From Sminthopsis crassicaudata (lineage: Eukaryota), in contig NC_133623.1 of NCBI RefSeq assembly GCF_048593235.1, forward strand, positions 4,154,001 through 4,206,532: 52,532 bases of DNA, given 5' to 3'. Both the position numbers and the translations under genes were made by a program. Below are positions 1 to 11,229 of this stretch, piece after piece. The stretch's first letter is position 1; every line of letters starts with the position of its first letter. The notes under the pieces are model-generated. The model was not told the origin of the DNA. It did not search any database and saw only the letters and a list, made by a program, of their open reading frames with translations.

Positions 1-433
1 CAAGCCTGGATTATGGCAATAGCTGTTGAGGGGGACCTAGGGTGGGGCAGTTCTGCCTCTCTTCGGGTTCTCCCCATTCTAGTCCATCCTCCATCCAGCC
101 ACCAAAGTGATCTTCCTAAAGTGCAGGTTTGATCATGTCATGCACCCCCATCCACTTCACTCCATAAACTCCAGGGGCTCCCTCTCCTTCCTATTTCAAA
201 GCCCTTCATGGTCTGCCCCCTCCTGCCTTTCCAGTCTTCTTACACTTCACTCCTTGAGATGTCCTCTTTCATCCAAAGATACTGGCCTCCTGTTTACTCT
301 CACATGTGATCCTCCACGTCTCAGTTCTGGGCATTTTTACTAACTGTGCCCATATGTGGAAGGCTCCCCCTCCTCATCTCCACCTCCTGGAGTCCCTGAT
401 CTCCCCAAGTCTCAGCGAAAATCCCACCTCCTA

Positions 434-565
434 GCACCAATCCTGAAGACCTTATTCAAATCTGACCTCAGACACTTAACACCTTCCTGGCTGTGTGACC
501 CTGGGCAAGTCACTTAACCCCAGTTGCCTCAAAAAAAAAAAAAAAAAAAAAAAAAAAAGAAGAAG
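434..565 (+). mobile_element. 5'-truncated WSINE1-like marsupial SINE with poly(A) tail and 15-bp target-site duplication
   Basis: Body ttcaaatctgacctcagacacttaac...tgtgtgaccctgggcaagtcacttaaccccagttgcctc followed by an A-tail. It is flanked by identical aaatcccacctccta at 419-433 and 566-580. Confidence 0.85.
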
Positions 566-644
566 AAATCCCACCTCCTACATGATTCCCCTTAATTCTA
601 GTAACTTCCCTCTGGAGATTATTTCCAATTTTATCCTGTCAATA

Positions 645-775
645 ATGTGTTTCTACCTACTTGTTTGCCTATTACCTTCCTCATTAGAATACAATGAAAG
701 CAGGGTTTTTTTTTTTGCCTCTTTTTGTATCACAGTGCCTGGCACATAGTAGGCACTTACCCAATGTTTGTCAAC
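645..775 (+). mobile_element. L2/MIR-type 3' end fragment
   Basis: cagtgcctggcacatagtaggcactta is a typical L2/MIR terminus. Confidence 0.6.
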
Positions 776-819
776 TGGCTTATTTCTTCCAAGGGGTGAG
801 TAGGGAGGGGGTGCCTTTT

Positions 820-1420
820 CACATTTTTTTTCTTTAAAGTTATATTTGTTCCTTATAATCTTTTTGATTCCAGTGTTTTTGTATCCATTAAAATTTTCCG
901 TTTTATATATATTGGATTATTTGCCATCTAGGGGAGGGAGTGGGGGGAGAATTTGGAACAATAGGTTTTGCAAGGATCACTGTTGAAAAATTACCCATGC
1001 ATTTATTTTTAAAATAAAAAGCTATAATAAAAATAATAAATTTAAAAAGAAAGAAAAATTTCTGTTTTCATCAGCCAAGTTCCTCCTTCTCATCCATGGA
1101 CCCCAACTCCCCCAGTTGAGAATACATATACACATGGAGTAAAACCCTTTGCTAGTAACACGTCTAGTTAATCCAAACAAATTTTCCTCTTGCTCATGCC
1201 CAAAAGAAATTGTGTCATTGTGCATCCTGAGTCTTTCACCTCAGGGGGTAGCATGGTACATTAGTTCTCCAGTATCCCGATAATCATGCTGCTGATGAGA
1301 GTTCAGCACAATCATGTGCCACCACGCTTCTATATCTTAACTTGTACAGCCATTCCCTGATTTATAGGCACTTTCCCAGATTCCCACTCTTTGCCACCTC
1401 AAAAAATATTGAAAATATAA
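820..1420 (-). mobile_element. L1 3' end fragment (marsupial type)
   Basis: AT-rich sequence resembling the L1 copies at 3.0-3.7 kb and 44.4-44.7 kb (ttctccagtatcc, catcatgctg, cagccattccc, ttcccactctttgccac). Confidence 0.6.
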
Positions 1421-2539
1421 AATATAACAATTCATTTTGAACTCAGGTCCTTCTGACTCCAGGACCAGTGATTACCCACTGTACCACTTAGCTGGCCTGT
1501 CTAAATGTGTAAATTCTCAGTTTGTTTTCCTTAGGACTAATCCCTTCCTTAATCTATCCTTCCTCTAATTCCCTCCTCTCATTTTCCATTGTTGCTTTTC
1601 TAATGAGTGAAATGAATTTTTGTACTCCTCTCTGTGTGTCTCTATCTTCCTCTCTCTCTCCTTCTCTCTTCATTTCTATTTCTCTCTCTCTTTCTCTCTC
1701 TGTCTCAAGTATTAGCGACCACCATTGCCCTTTCTCCTTGTTTGTAGGTGAGATAAAACTTTCCTTTCCCATTCTTCTTCCTCCAACTCCCAGCATATTC
1801 CTCTTCCCTCTCTCCTCTTTCTTCCTCTTAAGATCATCAATACAGAACATGATCACTCCCAGGCCTCCCTGGATACCATAGAGGAGGTTTGAGCTGCACT
1901 GAAACTTTAGGGACACTTTGTACGCTTTAAAAGCAAGCTCAGGATAAGAGACCCAGCATTTTTTGCTCTCTCTTTCTTCTTGGCTACAATGTCTGAGGAA
2001 ATGCTCCTTTTAGCTTATATTTAGTAAGTTCAAAATTTTCAATAAATTAAAAACCAAATAAGAAAAGTAAGATACCCATGAATACAAGTCAAAGTTATAT
2101 GTACACACAGGAAAACAGCTGCCTTGCAGGAGGAAGTCACTGTTCTGCAAAGGTTGTGAAATCTGTGGGAAAAGTGAGTGCCCTGATTAGAGCACCTGAG
2201 CCAGCACCCCCCCCCCCCCGGGACAAAGGAAGCTCAGCCAGCTACCCAACTTCTGGTGCTTTGGAGACTTACCTGTGACCTCAAATATGTTCAAGGTGAT
2301 TATAAAAACGTCCTTGGTCTCATTTAAATTCAACCCAGAGGCACTATCTCTTGAACAGCAAATAGTTAAGGAGGAACCTTGATTCCATGAAGCTAAGCTT
2401 ATAAAGATCTCTGCTATGGTGGAAATATCTTCTTGTTTGCCCCATTCTACATTCTTGACATCCACTGTACATTGAATACCTTTCTCTTCTCCACTTTTGG
2501 GAGACTCTAAATGTGAACCAAGACCTAAAGAAGAAAACA

Positions 2540-2780
2540 ACATTTATTAGGCACCTACTATGTGCCAGGCACTAGATTAAGCACTTTACAAATATCTCAG
2601 TTGATGTCCACAAGTCTAGTAGATAAGTGTTGTTATTATCCCCATTTCACAATTGAAGAATTTGAGATTATATGTGACTTGTCTGGGTCTCACAGCTATG
2701 TCTGAGGTAGAATTTAACTCAGGTCTTCCTGAGTCCAGGCCTGGTGCTCTATCCATTTTTTCTCACCTAGATGCTCCAGG
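2540..2780. mobile_element. MIR/MAR1-like SINE
   Basis: catttattaggcacctactatgtgccaggcact...attatccccattt...gtgacttg...aactcaggtcttcctgagtccagg. Confidence 0.7.
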
Positions 2781-3034
2781 CACTTCGCTTTTAAGTATTT
2801 TCCCCTGGGGATATGGAGTGGAGGTGTGAGGACCGCTTAGTAGGGAGAGAAAGGATTAAGCAAACACTAATTGCTTCCTTCCCTCTGCACCGGCAATTGC
2901 TATTATTGTTATAACTCAAGTCTGAGTCCCTTAGCATTGGAGTTACCAAAAAGGATTCTGGTTACTCTGAACTTCAAGCAGACATGCTTGTATGTTCTTC
3001 TTCTTCCTTCTTCTCCTTCTTCTTCTATCATAGT

Positions 3035-3665
3035 TTTTCTTTACCAGATAGATGCATGGGTAATTTTACAACATTGACAATTGCCAAACCTTTTGTTCTA
3101 ATTTTTCCCCTCCTCCCCCCAAGGTTGACCAATACATGTTAAATATGTTAAAGTATAAATTAAATACAATATATGTATACATGACCAAACAGTTATTTTG
3201 CTGTACAAAAAGAATTGGACTTTGAAATAGTGCACAATTAGCCTGTGAAGGAAATAAAAAATTCAGAGGGATTGGGAATTCTATGTAGTGGTTCTTAGTC
3301 GTCTCCCAGAGTTCTTTCATTGGGTGTGGCTGGTTCAGTTCATTACTGCTCTGTTGGAACTGATTTGGTTCATCTCATTGTTGAAGAGAGCCACGGCCAT
3401 CAGAATCCATCCTCATACAGTATTGTTGAAGTGTATAATGATCTTCTGGTTCCGCTCGTTTCACTCATCATCAGTTCATGTAAGTCTCTCCAGGCCTCTC
3501 TGTATTCCTCCTGCTGGTCATTTCTTACAGAGCAATAATATTCCATAACCTTCATATACCACAATTTATTCATCCATTCTCCAATGGATGGACATCCATT
3601 CATCTTCCAGTTTCTAGCCACTATGAAAAGAGCTGCCACAAACATTTTGGCACATACAGGTCCCT
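3035..3665 (-). mobile_element. L1 fragment: ORF2 C-terminus plus 3' UTR
   Basis: ORF 3400-3645(-) MFVAALFIVARNWKMNGCPSIGEWMNKLWYMKVMEYYCSVRND... is the characteristic L1 ORF2p C-terminal segment. Confidence 0.92.
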
Positions 3666-3811
3666 TTCCCTTCTTTCATGCTTGTATCTTCTAACAAATC
3701 ATTTCTGATACCTGGGCTAATATCCAAAATGGCTTTTGTCTTCTCCAGAAGTCACTTCTCCTTTGGTTACTTTCAAGAGGGAAAGACAGGAAGAACAGAA
3801 AGAAGTGATCA

Positions 3812-3965
3812 GGGTGGCATAGTGGGTAGACCATTGCACAGGGAGTTGCCAGGACTTGAATTCAAATCCTGCTTCAGACACTTTCTTGGTTGCACAATAC
3901 TGGGGAAGTCATTTAATTTGTCTTGTTTTGAGGATCATATGTGATAATATTTGCAAAGTTCTTTG
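3812..3965 (+). mobile_element. MIR-family SINE
   Basis: tRNA-like head gtggcatagtgggtagacc...gaattcaaatcctgcttcagacact followed by core gggaagtcatttaat. Confidence 0.7.
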
Positions 3966-4650
3966 CAAACCCTCAAGCCTGGGTGAACGCTCGGTAAAAC
4001 GGGTCTGGGCAACCCTATGTGGAGGGACACAGGTGCCTTTCTGTGTCTTCTTCCCTGACCCTTGCCTTACGGCCATCACCCCCCCCCATCTGTCACTGTC
4101 CAGATCCAAGCTTCTTGAACTCTGGGTCTCCATCTCATGTGGGGGTCACTTAACTGAATGTGGGGAACTCGAAAAATTCGGCAACAGTAGAAGGTATCGA
4201 ACATTCCACCAAGATTTAATTCTTTACGTAAAAGTAAACAAGTCCATGTATCTCATTAGTACGGAAATTTGCTTTCATCTGTAATAAAGGGTAAAATTAC
4301 ATGCTTACCAAAGAATTGTTTTAAAACACATTTCTCTATTATTTCTTTATTATTTATTATAAGTAAATGGTTGATTTGGATAGCCATTTTATATACCCGG
4401 GGAGAGAAGAGGGGTCACCGTTCTCTTTCCCCGCCCCCCCTTCCTCCCGGGCCTGCGAACTTGCCGCTACTTCCCAAGAAAAGACTAGGGCGGACCCTCG
4501 ACCCGCCCAGTCCCCACTGCCGGCCCTACAGCCCCAGCAGGCCACGCCCTCGGCGTTCCCCGGACGCGATTCGGGGCCCCTGGGCGGCGGCCTCAGAGAC
4601 GCCGGCGTTCCCCTCGGCCGTCGTCTGCGTCGCTACGTCGCGCTCTCCAG

Positions 4651-4740
4651 ATTGGCTGAGCCCTGGAGGGGCAGGCATACAAAGAAGGCGCTGATTGGGC
4701 GGCGGGGAAGCCCAATAGGGGTGCGGCACCGGTTTTGAAA
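4651..4740 (+). promoter_or_regulatory. Three CCAAT (NF-Y) boxes plus CHR element (TTTGAA)
   Basis: ATTGG 4651-4655, ATTGG 4694-4698, CCAAT 4712-4716, TTTGAA 4734-4739, about 90 nt upstream of the ATG. Confidence 0.65.
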
Positions 4741-4829
4741 GCGAGGCTGGGGACCACTAGTGCAGTGGAGGTGCTGGGGTTCGGACTTCTTTTGCTCTTC
4801 CAACGCGGCAAAGAGATCAGCGAGTAGCC

Positions 4830-4832
4830 ATG
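4830..4832 (+). CDS. CXorf49: CXorf49-like coding exon 1 (ATG only)
   Basis: gtagccATG|gtaact; phase 0, matching the acceptor at 5369. Confidence 0.6.
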
Positions 4833-7800
4833 GTAACTTCTCTCCCGGGGCCTAGCCCTCCGAACCTTCCTCAGATCCAGGGGAGAGCCGATCGTGGGCC
4901 CTAACCTTCCCTACTCGGGCGCCCGGGGCCTGGATTCCAGTTTTTCCTCAGCGGCGGAGCTGTGTGCGCCGCATGGGGGGGGGGAGGGGGGGCTTTCCCG
5001 CCCTAGGCGTCGAGTCCCTCAGGAGACACTAGGCCCGGGAGCAATTGTTGGGTGGGTGAGGGGCGGGGCAGTGCTGGGAGTACCTGAGCGTGCTCCCACT
5101 CTCCTTCCTTCCCCCTAACGAGCTCAGTATTCCGCTTCCGCTCCCTCTCCCGCTTCCGCTCCCTAACACGCTCCGTATCCAGCTCCCATTCTCGCTTCTA
5201 CCCCCTATCCCACTCCCGTTCTTGATCCCAGTCAGGATTGATGGGGTGGCCTTGGGGATATCCGGAGAAGGGAGGGGCTTGAGGCTGGACCTTCGGTGGG
5301 AACCACCTGGGATGATCCTCCAGCACTTACTAATTGATCTCTATGTAATTGTGTTCTTTCCCTCTTCAGCAATCTCCCAACAACACTCTGGGCTATAGGG
5401 CTAGCTTTGCCGAAGAGGCCAACATCATCTCGGAGCAACTCCAAGGCCAAGAGGCAGCAGATATATCCACCATAGAGGCCGAGGTCCCACCTCCCGAGCT
5501 GGATTCCTCTGATTCTTTGCTGGCTTCAGCAGCTGTCATGGAGAGCCCAGAGCAGCAGCCCATGGACAACCCGTCCACGCCCCCTACTCCAGAGCAGCAG
5601 GAGCTTAGCCCAGTAATCGCTGCTACCCCGAGCCTTCTGTTTCTCGAGGATCCGCCAGCTTCGGAGGAGGCTGTCAGCCCTGTCGACTCAGACAGATGGC
5701 AACTTAATGTGACCATGGAGCTCTGCAACATGTCCCCTGATGGCATCCAGGCTGGTGATCCCAGTATTGCCACCCCCCAGCCGAGCGCCGAGCTAAATCA
5801 AACCTGTGTGCTTAGTACAGCTAGTCCTCCCCTTGAAATAGCTCAGGCAGAAGGCAGCCAGACCCCAGATGATGGAACCAGTGGAGAAGGGCCCCTGTTG
5901 ACCCCCCAGGATCTCTCTGAGATACCCATGGATAAGACTTTCTTATTTAGCCAGTCTACCTTTGTGACCTCCACTCCACATGGAGCTTCAGGAGGGTTGA
6001 AGCTGCTCAAAGCAGCACCTGCTTTTTCCTTCCCGGACAACCCCCCAATTCGGGAAACCCCCAGTTTAGTCAAGGTAGAACAGCCCAGTTCCAGACGTGC
6101 CTCCCATGCGGTTCTCCCAGCTGCAGGCAGTCCACCCAAGGTCACTGCCAAAAGTGGCCCTTTGGGGAAGGTAGTGCAAGAGAAGAGATCCCTGGGTGGG
6201 GCCTCTGTAGCTATTTCCAGGAGAGGGCATCAGACCCTTCCTCTGCCCGGGCAGAAGAGATGGTCAGCTGTCCCCTACAAAGCCTCTGCCTTGCCTGTCC
6301 TGCTCAAATCCAGAAGGGAACCCTTAGCACCTCCGGGACCTCGGCAGCCAAAAGGCAGGACCATCGACACCACCAAGATGAAAGAAACAGAGCCAGCAGC
6401 CAAAGCAGGGAACAATCCACCCTCAACTGCCAAGGTATCTCAGGTGAATAAGCTGCCCATTCCTGATACACACGTTTTATCCCGGACATTTGTGGCTCCG
6501 AGGGCAAAGGTCAGCCTTTTGCATGGTTACTGACAGCCTGACAAGTTACAAGTAGAAAAGGGGGAGACGCTGGCCCTCTGAATAATGCCTCCCATCAGAT
6601 CAGTGTTTCTCCCCTTCCCCGTCCCCAAACCAGTCACACTACAAGTTCACTGGGAAGGCTTGGGCCTCCAGGCACAATCCTGCTCTGCTGTCAAGTCATG
6701 GCCTTTGCCCTCCCTGTAAGGACATCAGATTGTCCACTTTCTGTCTGGTCCTGTGCTGATCACTTCTCCCTCCTGGGGTAGTTGAGGCAAGAGCCGTAGA
6801 TAAGGGCTGAGTCCTCCCTACCGTGTGCCCTTGCCCCATCTGTAGCCAGTGATCCAACTGAACAAAATCAGTTAAAACAATAGGGGTGTGTGTGTATTTC
6901 AGCTCCTGCGCAGCAAATCAGTGCCCCCTCGATTCTCCTTGCATCAGAGAGGCCCCACTACTCGAGACCCTAAGGTCAAGGACCCCCAGGTACCTCGGAA
7001 TTTGAAGCCCTTGGCTCCCAACCAGAGCACCCGATCCAGAGCTCCATCCAGGGCAGGTGAGTTTGGAAAAAGAGGATTCTTGAGAGAGGTCTTGGATACA
7101 GTCACCCCACAGGTTCTAGTCTCCTTTCCAGTACTTGCCAAGCCAGCTGAGCTTCCTTCAGTAACTAGGGCTATGAGCCCAGCAAGCTAGGCCCTACATG
7201 GCTACCTACTGACTATGGAGAGCTCAGACAAGTCCAACCCCCTGCAGCTTGGGGCACACAACTGGACCTGTGCCCAGGGCTGCCTCTAGCTGCAGCCTTG
7301 CTAAGTCTCTTAGCCCCTCAAAGATGGTCAGAGCCAGAGCCTGACACGCCAGCAGGGGGCAACACTGATCCAGCAGCTGTGATCCCACAGGGTTTGGATC
7401 CTTTCTGTTTCAGATGATCAACCCTCCAGGCAGGAAAGGAAGTCCCAGTCTTCTTTAGGGCAGTCATGCCCTCAGGTAATTGTGAATTGGCCTTCAAGCC
7501 AGTGGGTCCCTCCCTCTAGACCCAGATTTTTCCCAGTAGCAGCTTTGACAGTGGGGGTAGGGAGCTGGCTGGGCCTTCTGGGAAAGAGAGAAGTCTCATA
7601 TGCGGCCACGTGAGACGGAGCGTGGGCTGAGAGGCCGTGGTGGACGGAGCCAGCGACCCTGGACAAGGCAGCCCGCCCGAGCTTTTGTCTCCTCACCTGT
7701 AAGATGGGCACCATGGTAACTACTGTTATGAGAATGAAATAAGGTAATGGATGGAAAGCGTTTTCTAAACCTCTAAAGCAGCGCACACACACACATACGC

Positions 7801-8488
7801 GTGCACACACACACACAGAAGCTTAGTGTTAGCTCTGTCACCTCTGTGCCCTTTTTCCCAAAGGAGACGATCAGGACCCTTGTTCTCCTGGGCAGGGACG
7901 GTGGTTGGTTTGGGTTACAGGGTGGCTGAAGTATTTTAACCTCTTTTTTGTGGTATCTTTTGGGACAGTGCGTTGTGCTGCAGAAACAAGTGGAGGATCT
8001 CAAAAGCCAGCTAGGTATGAGGGGGAGAGCGGGGCAGGGGCAGGCGCCCGCAGGCAGGGCTGCCCGGTCATCCTTGGCAGCCAATCCCTCAGCACCCTTT
8101 TTGGCATAAGGCCAATATCCTAGAGTTGGGAGGCAGGTCGCCCCTGCCACGCGGGAGGGAGAAGTTAGGGCCTTGTTTCTGTGTAGCTGGACGGAAGCTG
8201 AGCCACATGGAGAATATGATGGGAAGAGGACCTAAGTGAAGACACCACAGTAGGGGCCAGAATCAAGGCCGAGGGCAGACCTGCTGCTGCTTGCTCTCCT
8301 TCACAATTCTTCCCAGCTTTCTTTAGCTTTCTGAGCCCCAGGAAAGCTTGAGTAGGGGAGGATGGCATTGGGCAGATACCAAAAGGCCGGGGGGTGAGTC
8401 CTGCTTTCCAGGGCCTGACAAATGCCCTTTTATTCCAGCTGCCTTGCAGTGCCTCAGTGGGGAGCTCCAGGGCCGTCGAGGTTTGTAG
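4830..8488 (+). CDS. CXorf49: CXorf49-like protein (DUF4641 family), 6 coding exons, about 462 aa: join(4830-4832,5370-6443,6903-7056,7414-7475,7969-8014,8439-8488)
   Basis: All introns are GT-AG and the phases chain (0,0,1,0,1). The C-terminus SCPQ|CVVLQKQVEDLKSQL|AALQCLSGELQGRRGL* matches, as I recall it, human GCPR|CIWLQREIEDLTQQL|AAMQFLTDKFQDL*. Exon 3 PRFSL...DPKVKDPQVP resembles PRLSV...DPNIRAPQLP. An alternative in-frame exon-2 donor lies after 6434. Confidence 0.78.
5370..6443 (+). CDS. CXorf49: CXorf49-like exon 2 (large, low-complexity Ser/Pro/Glu-rich)
   Basis: Lies within ORF 5349-6533; acceptor gttctttccctcttcag, donor CAG|gtgaat. Confidence 0.8.
6903..7056 (+). CDS. CXorf49: CXorf49-like exon 3
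   Basis: gtatttcag|LLRSKSVPPRFSL...PSRA G|gtgagt. Confidence 0.8.
7414..7475 (+). CDS. CXorf49: CXorf49-like exon 4
   Basis: ctttctgtttcag|DDQPSRQERKSQSSLGQSCPQ|gtaatt. Confidence 0.8.
7670..7780. mobile_element. MIR core fragment in CXorf49-like intron 4
   Basis: ctcacctgtaagatggg...gttatgagaatgaaataaggtaatggatggaaagcg. Confidence 0.6.
7969..8014 (+). CDS. CXorf49: CXorf49-like exon 5 (coiled coil)
   Basis: gggacag|CVVLQKQVEDLKSQL G|gtatga. Confidence 0.82.
8439..8488 (+). CDS. CXorf49: CXorf49-like terminal coding exon
   Basis: ttttattccag|AALQCLSGELQGRRGL TAG. Confidence 0.78.
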
Positions 8489-9270
8489 CCGGGGGCACGG
8501 ATGGAGGTCGGCTGGGGGCTGGAGCAGGATGGGAGATGTGGAGACTCCTTTTGCTCACTTATTTCTTCTCTTCTTCCATTGGTTTTGTTTGACAGGCGGA
8601 GTTCAGGATTCACCCACAGCAAACACAGGGGGCACCACCTGAATGCCAGGCCCCCCCCCCCCTTCCCCGACTCCAGGGCCCTCTTATCCCAAGAAGGGCC
8701 CTATTACAGAGTTTTTCCAGGTTCTTGTTATTTTCCTTAACTCCACCCTGACCCTGTTCCCCACCCTAGACCATTGGAGCTAATAAGCACACGAGTGGGG
8801 ATCTACCAGTTCTGTTTGGAGGGGTTGGCTGAGGCCGGGTTTTATTGAGAGGCCTCATCACTGTGGGATGATAGCTCAGTGACCTCCAGCCACTCTGCCG
8901 AGTGGCTGTTCCCCCATCCTTAGTTGGGATCTCACTACCCCACGGGACATGTGACCGAAGCTTCTGGGGCTAGGTTAGCTCCCCAAGAGCTCGAGACTCC
9001 CTCCGTCTTGTTGGAGGGGCCCCTGATCTGCGTGAGGGCAGGGGAGTAACCGGTGCTTCTGTCTTGTCAAAGGCAAGATCTCTTTAGGGCCAGGCAGCTG
9101 CATGAAGGTTTTAGAGAGGTTCAGGCAAGAGAAAGACACCCTTTTAGAAGGTTGAGAAACATGGGATGGATGGTGATTACTGTTCAATTTAAATCTACAC
9201 CGTCAGAGCACAAAAATCTTCTATACGATCCTCTCCGCATACAAAAATGTCCATGTTACTTATGTTTAAG

Positions 9271-9276
9271 AATAAA
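9271..9276 (+). terminator. Candidate polyadenylation signal of the CXorf49-like gene
   Basis: AATAAA about 780 nt after the stop codon, followed by a genomic A14 run (9282-9295). Confidence 0.45.
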
Positions 9277-10694
9277 GTGTTAAAAAAAAAAAAAAGTCTC
9301 CTGCATATGTTTGTACTTCAGGACCATTAGCCTAATTTAACCTGAGGCCTAGTGGAACCCCTGGCACCCCTCCCAAGTGGCAGCCCCCGTTCTTCCCAAC
9401 TTCTGTCTTCTCTAGCCTTGTGCTCGCCAGCCAGCCTGTCCCAAGCTCCCATTGTGGGCGCTCTCCCAGCCAGTCCTCTGGATCCAAAACCATTTTGATT
9501 AATGCTAGAAAACCTTTGTTCTCGATTGTGAGGGCAGGTTCTCCAGGCGGCAGATATATTGGGAAATGAAATGATGGGGGGGAAATGAGAGCAGTAATTG
9601 TTTTTAATCGGCTAAGAATGTGTGCTGGGGCTTCTCGTCCCCCTGCACCCTCGGTAACCTCATTATCGGGCATCTCCTTTTGCATCTGACTCCCAGGTCT
9701 AAGCCACGGCCCCCATCTCTAGCCAAGGAGGGAAAATTCCCCACTGGACATCTGCGGGCGTTTCAACCTCAATGTATTAAAAAAAATAACTCCCCCCCCC
9801 AAAAAAAAAAAAAAAACAACACTCCTGTCTGGTTTTTCTAAAGGGAACCAGCATCCTCTGTCACCCAGGCTTGGGACCATGGGGTCATTTGCTGTTCCCT
9901 GTTCCCACTCATGTTTAGTTGATTCTGGTAAATGGATGATAAAGTGTTTTTTAAGTACGGGTGTTTTGGGGGGCTGTGGAAAAGACAGGACAGATCTAGG
10001 GGAGCAAGCTGGTGCTCACCTTGAGGGCGCTGCCATTTGAATTGGAGAAGATCCCACCTAAAGGGAACTGGAGTGATCTGGAAGGGCCAACCCCTGGCAA
10101 GAGTTCCCTGGGCAGAAACTGTATTCCAGGGTCTGGATCCAAGGTTCTGAGGGAGGGGGATGAGGAGGGGGCGGGCATGGGTGAGCAGGAGAGCTGTAGG
10201 AAGTCACAGGGACACGGGGGCAAAGTCACAGTGAGGATGAGGGGAGCTGGAAGGGTACAGGAGCCTGGCATTCCCCTATCCCCCCTCCACACACACTCGC
10301 AGTGGGCAAGCCTGGGCCTGGCTTCCTGATGTGGGAGGCATTTGTCGGGAGAGTCTGGTGGCTCACTGGGTGGCGATGCAGAGCTGCCATGACTGCTGGG
10401 AGTCAGAGTGCCAACAAGAGGCACGGGCCTCTCCTTAAGGCAACTGAAGATAGGGCCCAATGCCCCCAACACCTCTCACCACCCTTCCTTTCTCCCTCCC
10501 TCCATCCTTCCCACTCTTCCTCCTCTCTCCCTACATTTTCCTTCCTTCCTTTCTCCCTTCCAGTTTTCTTCCCTCCCTCTCTCCCTCTCCCCTCAGCAGT
10601 CTCTGGGATAGCCCTGGTGGTTGAGGTTGATGGCCTTCTGTACAGAGGCCATCTTATGGATGCAACAGCTAGAGCTCTGGGCCTTCCCATTTGA

Positions 10695-10990
10695 CTTCAG
10701 ACCCCTCCTAGCTGTGCAATCGCAGGCAAGTCACTTCAGCTCTGTTTGCCTCAGTTTCCTCAAGTGCAAAATGTGGCTCATAGTGGTTGTGAGGGTACTT
10801 AGCAGACTGGCCCCTAGGGGGTACTCTATAGATGGGAACATGGAGGGGCATCAGGTGGGCAGGCCAGTGCTCCAAGAATCAGGCAGCATTTATTAAGCGC
10901 CCACTAGGTGCTGGCCCCTGTGCCGAGTGCTGGGGAGACAGAGAGCGGTTCAAACCCCTCCCCTCAGGGAGCTCCCAATCCAATGGAGGA
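10695..10990. mobile_element. MIR plus L2 3' end fragments
   Basis: gcaagtcacttcagctctgtttgcctcagtttcctcaagtgcaaaatg; catttattaagcgcccactaggtgct...gagctcccaatccaatgg. Confidence 0.65.
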
Positions 10991-11229
10991 GACAACATGG
11001 ACACAGATCTACACAAAGCAAGCTCCGAGAGGGACAAACGGGAAACCAAGACCAGAAGGGAGGCCCCGGAAGGGGCAGGTACTGCCGGCAGCTTTCTGCA
11101 AATTATGGTTCCCAAAGGAAGCCGGGGAGCTCAGTAGTCATGGCGGAAGAGGGCGAGCAGCCATCCCAGAGCCTGGAGACAGAAGGCCTCGTTCAGGGAA
11201 CGGCCAGGTGAGGCCGGCGCTGCCGGATT

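Larger units (their letters stand above)
4380..5300. promoter_or_regulatory. CpG island / promoter of the CXorf49-like gene
   Basis: Dense CpG against CpG-poor flanks; overlaps the ATG-only first coding exon. Confidence 0.85.

Noticed and set aside
8317-8395. Alternative CXorf49-like last exon via acceptors near 8317-8327
   Set aside because: It gives immediate or early stops with no similarity to the family C-terminus, whereas 8439-8488 matches it.
9230-9295. AATAAA plus A14 as the tail of a processed pseudogene
   Set aside because: No target-site duplication and no recognisable parent mRNA upstream.
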